Part shown: positions 1-9,091 of the stretch, piece by piece
Layout of the letters: every line of letters begins with the position of its first letter
How positions within the stretch are numbered: position 1 is the stretch's first letter
Source of the DNA: Perkinsus chesapeaki ATCC PRA-425
Taxonomy: Eukaryota > Protista > Perkinsozoa
NCBI GenBank assembly: GCA_013115145.1
Contig: JAAPAO010000306.1
Span: 1-41,215 of the forward strand
Direction: 5' to 3'
Length of the DNA: 41,215 bases
Made by a program: the position numbers and the translations under genes
The notes under the pieces: generated by a model
The model's input: only the letters and a program-made list of their open reading frames with translations
The model's database searches: none
Told to the model about the DNA's origin: nothing

Positions 1-701
1 TGTTAAGCTATCGAATGGTTGGCGGTCGCGAGGAGGTCGAGATAGCTGTTCTGGAAGCCGTCCGGCAATTCAATGTCACTCCATTATCACCAACCTTCCC
101 AATATCGCCTCATGAATGTATGTACATCATGTCCCCTCGCATACACTCCATTGCGAGAGTGACTGGAGGAATCGATGGTGATTTACGAAGTGCTGAAGAG
201 TTATGGCCTGGTCTGGCAGAACTATCGAACAACAACTTCAATAAGCTCAAGTCTTATGTCGACGAACAGACGGCCCGGAAGTTAGAATCACTTGCTCAGT
301 TCACTCTCGAGTGGCGCCGAAGACATTCGCGAGCTCAGAGTTACCTGCAGAAGAAGTGGCGCAGGCTACGTGGAGCTATCATACCTGGTTCGGTGGTGTA
401 TCGCTACAACCCCAACCGTATGAAACTTGGACCGAAGTGGGTCGGTCCCTTCAAGGTGGTGCGCTCGCTATCCCATCATGTTATCCTAATCGAGGATAGC
501 GAAGGAGCTAAAGTTCCAGAGCTGCTTCACAACTTAAAGGTTGTGGACCTCCCGGAGAAGTCCGTTGATCCCGCTGCTACCGCTGAAGACCTAATCCAAC
601 TTGACAAGATTGATGGACCCCCGGTTGTTATTATTGACAGTATCAGCTCTGAGACCCTCCCTAGAAGAAGTGCTCGTATTAGAGGCCGTGACGGACATTA
701 A
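1..701 (+). CDS. Retrotransposon pol C-terminus (integrase C-terminal region), 5'-partial
   Basis: Sequence IPGSVVYRYNPNRMKLGPKWVGPFKVVRSLS and terminal RRSARIR; stop at 699-701 runs into the PPT. Confidence 0.85.
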   Translation, partial: LSYRMVGGREEVEIAVLEAVRQFNVTPLSPTFPISPHECMYIMSPRIHSIARVTGGIDGDLRSAEELWPGLAELSNNNFNKLKSYVDEQTARKLESLAQFTLEWRRRHSRAQSYLQKKWRRLRGAIIPGSVVYRYNPNRMKLGPKWVGPFKVVRSLSHHVILIEDSEGAKVPELLHNLKVVDLPEKSVDPAATAEDLIQLDKIDGPPVVIIDSISSETLPRRSARIRGRDGH

Positions 702-711
702 AGGAGGATAA

Positions 712-941
712 TGTTGAAGGTATGATGATGTGTTCAGATGACTGGTGTCGCTCGCCCACAAGCACGCTAGAAGAAACGGTTAGATACTCAGGATAATTAT
801 TGACTTATTATTGATATGATGATATTAGTTTGTATAGCGCATAGATTGATATAAGTAGAGTGATGAATAGGCAAATGTCTCAGTTGGATTATTCTTCCAC
901 GCAACCTTCTTTGTATTGTGTTCCCACTACGACCTTCAACA
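712..941 (+). repeat. 3' LTR (230 bp)
   Basis: Begins tgttgaaggt (712-721) and ends accttcaaca (932-941), a perfect 10-bp terminal inverted repeat; directly follows the PPT. Confidence 0.9.
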
Positions 942-1167
942 AGGGACTTCCCCAGCTGTGAGCATCATCGCTGGTGTGGCTGCGATGCTCTACAGCCTTG
1001 CTCCAGGCCTCTCTAATGCTGATGTTAAGGACATACTCAAGAATACCGCAAAGATGGGTGTAAAGGATTCGAGGGAGAGGAGAATTTTTCCCTTCGGACG
1101 AATTGATCCGACAAGGGCCTGGCGAAGCTCATTCCTAGCGAGTTGGAAGGTCCGTTGTAGTCTCTGA
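942..1167 (+). pseudogene. C-terminal part of a subtilisin (S8) serine protease, cut off by the LTR insertion
   Basis: GTSPAVSIIAGVAAMLYSLAPGLSNADVKDILKNTA...FGRID matches the S8 catalytic-Ser segment GTSxAxPxVAGvAAL; GTS codons 943-951 abut the LTR end. Confidence 0.8.
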
Positions 1168-1323
1168 TGTTATCGTTCCGCCGTCCGCTGTCACTTCAAG
1201 CACAACTTAGTACGGTGTTTTCATGTTACGTCATTGGTTGTGATGCGTCTTAAGTCAAATAATTTTTCTGCGCTGGTGGCACACGTGTGTGTTGTGATAT
1301 TACACATTCACATGCACAGCGTA

Positions 1324-2623
1324 AAGGGTGTCCCATAACTTTTCATCCAATTTCGAATGGGAGTTTCTCCCGAACCAGGAAGTGTTTGATGATGAAATTT
1401 TGAAGGTATATTCGGAGGAGTTTCAAAATTATACTGCCGGAGTTATGCGCCGCTACTCGGCCTCTGGTCTTCACACGAGCTCTGCGCGTGAAAATTTTTC
1501 GGGAGGTCAAAAACTCGGGAATTTTGACCCAATTTTTTTTCATCCCGATCGTTTAGTAACCCAACCAGGATGCTAACCGCGGAAAAAATCATCTCGAAAC
1601 ACGTTCTAACTCGGTCAATTCGAGTTTTTTCCCGGAGTCCATGTCCGAAAATCGCCCGAGGACAGGAGATGAGCGTTTCTCCTGCCGCAGTGTCTGACAC
1701 TGCGGCACTGAGTGTCATGCCCTATTTGAAGCTGAGGGGATTTACCATCCCGACCGCACAAGGGGAGGTGATTCAGACCATGGGTTTTCATGTGCCGCTT
1801 GGAGCGGTGAAATTCTGGTGGCGTCCAACGTCATCGATAAGGTCATCAAAGGCAAGGGAAAGGAGGAGGGCCAAAAACCCGGCGTTGAATCGGAGGGCGC
1901 CCGGTGGATCATTGCTCGTCGCCAAGGACTTCGGACTCAGTCCGTCATGGAGCTCCGACAAGTGATCGCGGACATCCGCGGAAAGCGGGTCGGCAAGTCA
2001 TCAGCCCCACGCATCTTCAAAGGACTCGGGCGAGTCGACGACGCACGGCCAATGGAATGGGTCCTCGTCTCAAACCATGTCATGAAGACAAACAACTGCC
2101 CCGAATCAAACGACAAGGTCGATTGGAAAAAACCTGATCGAGGATGCTTGGAAGTCCATCCTGGCTAAGCTCGCAGAGATCGTCCGCGTTGGAGGCGAAC
2201 GTTGCACTTTGGTCCTCGATAGGGAAGGAAAGGCCGTGTGATTCCTCGACATGCATCAGTTACGATAGCGACTTGTTGGATGGAGATGATCTACCGACCT
2301 TCGTGTTGTCACGCTCCGAGGAGGATTCTGACTGAGTTAGGACGTAGTTTCGAGATGGTTTTTTTCCGCGATTAGCATCCTGCATGGGTTACTAAACGAT
2401 CGGGATGAAAAAAATTGGGTCAAAATTCCCGAGTTTTTGACCTCCCGAAAAATTTTCACGCGCAGAGCTCGTGCGAATACCAGAGGTCGAGTAGCGGCGC
2501 ATAACTCCGCCAGTGTAATTTTGAAACATCCCCGAATATACCTTCAAAATTTCATCATCAAACACTTCCTGGTTCGGGAGAAACTCCCATTCGAAATTGG
2601 ATGAAAAGTTATGGGACACCCTT
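1324..2623. mobile_element. Non-autonomous Tc1/mariner-like DNA element with ~293-bp TIRs
   Basis: Ends aagggtgtccc / gggacaccctt, flanked by TA at 1322-1323 and 2624-2625. TIRs 1324-1616 and 2330-2623 are about 94% identical by hand count, with the outer ~89 bp identical. No DDE domain seen inside. Confidence 0.88.
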
Positions 2624-2634
2624 TACAGTCCAAG

Positions 2635-4164
2635 ATGGTGGCTGTTATTACTGCATGGCTCTCCAAGTTGGGTAAGCACTACAGCTGGTATGCCGCCAAC
2701 AAGCCATATTTAACCAATTTCATCTCCGGTGGAGTTCTCGGCTTCCTTGGTGACCAAATATGCCAGAGGGTGATTGAAACTGAAGATGCTGCTGGAGTGA
2801 GCTGGAAGAGATGTTTTGCTGTCACAGCATTCTGTGCCTATTATCAAGGAGGAGTCGACACGTTAATCTATCGATTATATGACAAACGCTTGCTTCTACC
2901 AAAGGGTATCGGGCTCTTTGGAAAGGGTATGATTATCTCATTGGTTGATAACTTTATCCATGTACCTATATTATATACTCCTGCATTTTATATTACTATT
3001 GGTATGTTACAAGGACATAGCTGGAAGGAGACAATTGACACAATGGTGAGGGAGTATTGGCCAACACTGTCTTTATGTTGGGGTATGTGGATACCATTAC
3101 AAGCTATTAACTTCTCAATAATACCATTGAGATATCAGGTAACAATAACAACAATTACTATCATCATTTACTCTAAATATACTGTGTGTTAAATTTCAAT
3201 AGTAGAGCAAATCTCAAGCATCGTCGTCTTTGTAATTTAATAGTAATAATTAATAGGGCGACTAAGGACTCTAACTGTTGAATAATCTTGTATGAGAAAT
3301 ATGGATTAGTACTTGTAAGAAATATAAATTGTGTGGCGGGGGCGGGGGCGGCGGCGGCGTTGGTGGCAATAAAGGCATGAAGTAAAATGGGTAATAATGA
3401 TGACATGTAGGATTCCTGTCGCATGAGAAATTGTGTGAATAGTGCCTGCCTGATGATGATGAATTTCATGGTCGTCCTTGGTGGTGGTTGTTGAAGTTGT
3501 TGTTGTCACTAAATAAGATAACCTTGTGATTGCTGTCATACAACATCATTCGATCACACTTGGCGATGGCCGCCGCCGCCCCCCTGGAAAGTTTAAAAAT
3601 AGATCATCGTTAGGCAACCTTTCAACAAGGTAGCAGATCTAGTAGATGGTAGTTTGACATACGACACAGTACACGACGACGATGACGATGACGACCGCCA
3701 TCATCATCATCATCGTATTACATATCCAGATACAACTACTATACGATAGACTATGGTACTATACACAAGGACACTCTAACACAAGTTTAAACGATATTTT
3801 ACTCGTTTACAAGTCCTTAGTCGCCCTGCTGCTGCTTATCATTAAATTACAACATCTTTCAGCGTATCAGTGTATCCCAACTAAGTGTCCATATAACACT
3901 GTAGAATGATAATAACACAGACTGTATTATTATAATTGTCATTATTATTACTGCTGCTGCTCTTACTTTCAGGTTCTATTCGTAAACATAAGCTGCCTTA
4001 TATGGAATGTAGCTTTGGATTTTGTAGCTCATGGTGGTTTAACTACTGATACTGATAATGAAGATTTTATTAATAAATGTCATAGTCATTGTGATCATGA
4101 TAGACCAGTTAGTTATCGTGATATTAAACTTCATACGCATCATAATAGAGGTGAAGCTTGGTAG
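2635..4164 (+). CDS. Mpv17/PMP22 family membrane protein; exons 2635-3138 and 3973-4164
   Basis: LGFLGDQICQ, SWKRCFA, VDNFIHVP, WGMWIPLQAINFSIIPLRYQ. Splicing across the GT-AG intron 3139-3972 continues in frame as VLFVNISCLIWN, the expected family C-terminal motif; stop at 4162-4164. Confidence 0.9.
3230..3852. repeat. Degenerate inverted repeat inside the long Mpv17 intron
   Basis: agggcgactaaggact (3255-3270) is the exact reverse complement of 3812-3827; ttgtaatttaat (3230-3241) is the exact reverse complement of 3841-3852. Confidence 0.75.
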
Positions 4165-4780
4165 TCAGCAACAGCAGCAGGTTGGTTAGAGTATTATAAC
4201 GGTTGTATGTTAATATACTGTCACTACTACTAATGTCGTGTTGGTATAAATTAAAGATAAGACATGTTAATGATAATGAAAGATATTACAACAACAACAA
4301 CAAGACACCACTGATGAGGCCATCATGTAAACTTACAACGACCTCTTCAGGGCTTGTCTATGTTTCGACAGTAGCCACAACGACTAGTTCATTGTCGATA
4401 ATATACTCGACTCGATATAGTTTAGCATTCGATGAGTGCTTTATTGAAGGCTCCTGAAGGGATAGGGAGGCTTGCACACGGTGCATCAGTCAAAGATGGC
4501 CTAAAGGAGGCGACACAGCAGTGACCGGCAGCAGCTGAAGCAGTTGGAGCCCAACTTCTCGTAGCCCACTTTTTGTCCACAGTTTTTCCCTGAAGAAACT
4601 GCGTTCTCATTTTAACGGCATGTTAACGGTGTTATCAGAGATAACTAATCTGTAGGAATAGTTCACCAATTGCTGCAACCTGCTGCATACTGCTGCAGTT
4701 GATTAACTGACGAGATGACAGTGACAGTGACGGTCATCACCGTAATAACTTGAAAAACCCCGAAGCCTCTAAATGGTAAC

Positions 4781-5360
4781 ATTATCGCTATTTACCTCAA
4801 TCCACCTGGTGCTGCTACTGAATACAAAGGTTACCTTTTATTTGGCGAAGTTGTACACCACTTATCTTTATACGAAGCTGCTCCACTGAGGTGTACACCA
4901 CTTATAGACCCAAAGACGCGGTGCGAATGTGATTTCTCAAAGTTGCCAACGGTGATACTACTACTGTTTTGATGAGTGACACAGCAATAATCGATAGCGG
5001 TTGTAACATGATGATTGTCCCACCACGTCACAGAGGGAATATTATGTCGGCTTTACAAAAGAAGACGAGCAAAGCAGCAGCAGCAGCCGGAACTACTGTT
5101 GATGATGCCAGAGATGGTTGGTACACTTTCAATTGTTGTGCATACCTCAAGTTCTTGCCTACTCTTTATATTGGATTTGGTTTTGCCGGCGGTGATGATG
5201 TAACGAATGAGATATCTCATCAGGGCTACTTTTACGGAACGTATCTCGTGAACTGTATCCTAGGAATCAGTTTCAGGTAGGTCTCTGGGTCATTCCAGAT
5301 ACTGCCTTCATCTGTAACTATTTTAATGAAGATAATGAAGGAATTGGATATGCCAAATTG
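4781..5360 (+). pseudogene. Degenerate pepsin-family (A1) aspartic protease, C-terminal lobe only
   Basis: IIAIYLN..GYLY, TAIIDSGCNMMIVP (second catalytic DS/TG site), C..LPTLYIGF, CILGI and FNEDNEGIGYAK resemble the A1 C-lobe. Segments lie in different frames with stops (e.g. TGA 4930-4932, TAG after FR). No N-lobe found. Confidence 0.6.
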
Positions 5361-5938
5361 ATGGCAGTTATATATTACTACTATCGCCGTAGAACTACTA
5401 CTTATCAGATATACAACACTATACTGTGTTTGGTATGATGATGATGATGATGATGAAAGGTATGTTGATATACAACGATTGTCATCATTTGTCTTATAAT
5501 ACATTCTCCTTCTTCCATATTTAACCATTTAGGTCGTCAATATGAGATAACTCCCATAAGGTTTGCAATATATTATTATGTTGTGTTTTATAAGTATCAT
5601 CATCACAACAACACCTTATGATGACATAATATATTCCATTATTTCAGCAACTGATATACTTTTCATGCTCTCCCAAGGCGGTAAATTAAACCAAGATAAT
5701 AACATTTAATAATAACACACCAGTATACGTTAATGCACCTACTCATTTGTCTACACCTTCATCTCCCTCCACAGGTGTAAAGTGACTGAATATTATTGAG
5801 TGCATTGATTCAATCCAATCTCTCATCATCGGGGGGTTATTGACGTTGATTATTATGTGATCTATTAACTGGGATAATAACACAACACACCAGAACTGCT
5901 AAAAATGAAAGTCTGTAGTAGATAAGTTGATTGTTGTT

Positions 5939-6864
5939 TTATACGCTTAATATTTTAATACCACATCTCATTAGCAAATTAATATCTTGTGAGACCAGCT
6001 TAGCTCCAGTTGGATCGACATAGATACCATTTTCATATTTAGGATTAGTGAAACAATCATCTAATAAAACATCACCAGTGCCAATCCATTCAAACTGGCA
6101 ACCTTCACCACGCTCTTCAGCACGTCTCACTAAGAACTCGAAAAATGCCTTCAACTCATGTTCAGCATATTGAGGATAATCAAATAATTCATCCATAACA
6201 ATAATAGTGCCAGGGACGACCATATGGCCGACATTATCGAATATGCTCTTAGTTGACTCGTACATTACAGAGTCATTATGAAGTAGAGCTATAGTTTCAT
6301 TAGCATGCTCTTTGGCAAAACCAGGTAGAGTGTCATCAAACATACCAACAACAAGCTCCACGTTATCGGGGACTTCTGGTAGCTTAGTTTGAGCAAATGA
6401 ACCTTTGGCTGTCTCTGGCATGGCACCCTGAGCTGGTTAATAACTAGCAAACACTCAATAAATTGTGTAATACCTACCTGTTTAGGTACCCAATCAGATG
6501 GTAATCCTTTAAAGCTGTCAAAACCATACATCTTCCGACCGTTCAGTTCACCAGCAATGTATCTAGTAAACCAACCTGATAATAATACAAGTTATGATAA
6601 TAAGGGGCAACCACCACCACAGCCACAACACTTACCAGTGCCAATACCAAAATCAAGAATAAGACCGTTTTCCGGTATAAGATTTCTTTTGAAAATCTGA
6701 TCCAATGGCGCTGTTGGTAACTTGGGTATTCTACCATCATCAAGGGATGCAATAGTATCAGCCACGAACTTCTTATAGTCAGTATCGGTATTCACAGTGA
6801 CTATCGTTTTGACAGTCTCCTGTGGTGGAGGAGAGGTATCCGAGGAGAATTCATTAGGGGCCAT
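5939..6864 (-). CDS. TylF/MycF-like class I SAM-dependent methyltransferase; exons 6864-6636, 6575-6478, 6427-5939
   Basis: ILDFGIGTG, YGFDSFKGLPSDW, LVVGMFDDTLP, ALLHNDSVMYESTK, PGTIIVMDE; two GT-AG introns (60 and 50 nt) preserve frame. Confidence 0.82.
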
Positions 6865-7077
6865 TAATAATGAACTGGATACACGTAACGGAGTTATCGA
6901 GTATTAAATTGCCAATATTCATCAAGATGATGATGATGAGGAATTAAGCACGCATGCGCTCCGACACAAAAAGGGACAGAATAGTGCAGAATTATTATTG
7001 AAGTACTCAACCCAAATAGACGTATCTCAATAATAATTAGAGACTCATTTCTTATCATGTTAACATGCTGTTCGTGT

Positions 7078-8633
7078 TATAACTCATACCACTCTCTCCG
7101 TTTCAACAGCAGTTCATTAGGTATACCCCTGTGAATATTATTAACACAATAACCGTCCCCTTCATCTTACCTGGTATAATGGTACCAATGGTGGTGGTGA
7201 CACATCATAATTATTAAACCTTTCATTTTGTAGCATGACTAATGTCTCGCATAGGTTATATATTTCATATATTGTAGATTGTCGAACTAATGATGATTTA
7301 ATTAATAATTACCAAGGTCATTATTATAACCACCTTCCAGCACCTTGGATAATATAGAGTTTTGCTCTTCAAGGGTTTTAATCTTATTTCTGATAATAAA
7401 CATTATCATTATTATCGTCATTATTAAAACTTATTATCCTCTTTTTGCATCATTTCTATCATCTTAGCCCTTGCCTTAACCATATCCTTCAATATCGCAA
7501 TCTAATGAGTATCCTCCTCCGCTGCCTATTATTATAAGTCCGACTACTCCAACCTCTACCTCTTCGTCAAGGTTAATATCTCTTGCTTTATCGTCATTCT
7601 CGCTTGTAGTTGATGATGATGATGTGTCACCATTTTCTGATTTGTTACTTTCACTAATATCTTAATGATATATATTTCACACTAATCAACATTACTAATA
7701 CCATCATCATCATCCCCCTCCTCATCCTCATCAGTAAATGATTCATTAATAATAATTTCTTCTTCTTCAACCACTTCATAACTATCTTCAGTTACTATCT
7801 AATACATGATGATGTTCGTTATTATTATATATTATAATAATATCAATATGAAATGCTCTAATCTACGGCATCAATATGATATTGATTATTAATACTCAAT
7901 AATAACAACAACTACCACCCTATCTGGATTTATAATGACCGTCTTTCCCACCTCCCCAAATGATGATGGTATTGGACTGTCACTATTATTATATTTATCG
8001 TTTAATATCTTCTTGAGTGCATCAAACCTGCGCATGTAAATGATGTTTAATCTCTGTATATATTATTAATAACCATAAGTTAGCATCATCATCACAGCTA
8101 AACATTAATTTAATAAATCTATTATATTGCGGCGGTAGTTCCTAATAATAATAATCTACTAATAATGGCTCATAATAGATACCAATATAATAACAGGAGT
8201 ATCATCTTTGTTATAATAAGATACTTCACCAATACTTGATATAGGCACCTTCATTAGACCACTATTAGATGATGAAGATAATGATGTACCTAAAGATTAA
8301 AGGATAAATTAAAAACTCCGAAAATTAAGAACAACCGACAATAAAGATATAACTAATGCATCCGAGTTTCTTATTTTTACCTAGAGTGTTTTTATCATTA
8401 TTATAATTTAATGGTTCAAATACTAGCTCATCATGATTAGGTGTAATACCACCAGTACCTGTATATGTTATTATTATACTTATTAATAATATAAACCTAC
8501 ACACAGCAGAGTGTCCTCCTCCACTTCTATCTGTATTATTATTAATTGATAATATAACAGGTATTCTAATAACCATTATTATATTATATTATTTATATTA
8601 TTACCCTTTAATTAGTTTATCAATATTAGACAT
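7078..8633 (-). CDS. Hypothetical multi-exon protein (compact N-terminal domain, acidic linker, coiled-coil C-terminus); boundaries approximate
   Basis: Spliceable exons MSNIDKLIKG|IPVILSI..., KVPISSIGEVSYY, RFIKLMFSCDDDANLW, ILKDMVKARAKMIEMMQ, KIKTLEEQNSILSKVLE. No family recognised. Confidence 0.5.
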
Positions 8634-8777
8634 TATTATTACAAATATCACTAATAATAGCTTCAACAATAGATGCTGTTCTATAAAGGTGAAGATTCCG
8701 AAACCAGTTCCCAACACCACCAACTCGGAGGAGCCGCCTCCTGCTCTGTGCATGCGTGCGAAATGGCGCCGTCCTCC

Positions 8778-8848
8778 TCCAATTTGGTGTAATGGTAGAG
8801 CATCTGACTGACAAGGCCATAGTCTCGGGTTCGAATCCCACAGAGTTT
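8778..8848 (+). other. tRNA-like element (tRNA pseudogene or SINE head) with Pol III A and B boxes
   Basis: A box tggtgtaatgg (8785-8795); B box ggttcgaatcc (8828-8838); tggtagagcatctgactg resembles the tRNA-Cys D-arm/anticodon 5' side. Acceptor and anticodon stems do not pair. Confidence 0.6.
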
Positions 8849-9091
8849 ATATCAGTGTAAAATCTTTAACATCGGCTTGTCATTGTGTCCTGATATTCCC
8901 GTAAGTTAGGGTCAGGAACATGCTATGCTTAAATATGTCAAATAGACAGTATAGCTGGTCATGAAGGATAAATCAAAATAATTATAGTTTAATATATCTC
9001 TGTAATCTACAAGTGGAACAACTCTATAGATCGGGAATACATATTAATACGAATCTTAGCTTGAAGCTCGCTCTAAACTCCTCATTCAGTT

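Larger units (their letters stand above)
1..941 (+). mobile_element. 3' end of a Ty3/gypsy-type LTR retrotransposon (integrase C-terminus, PPT, 3' LTR); 5' part lies outside the window
   Basis: ORF to 701 has the integrase C-terminal KLGPKWVGPFKVV motif. It is followed by the purine tract aaaggagga (700-708) and a TG...CA LTR at 712-941. Confidence 0.9.

Noticed and set aside
916-941. Start of ORF 916-1167
   Set aside because: The first codons lie inside the LTR; real homology starts at the GTS motif.
1328-2619. Near-identical ORFs MSHNFSSNFEW on opposite strands
   Set aside because: They are the two TIRs of the DNA element, not genes.
4360-4490. Minus-strand peptide LYRVEYIIDNELVVV resembling a RelE/ParE toxin C-terminus
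   Set aside because: Short, bounded by stops, no antitoxin and no N-terminal part; likely chance.
8626-8841. Minus-strand ORF MGFEPETMAL...
   Set aside because: Antisense translation of the tRNA-like element and promoter region.
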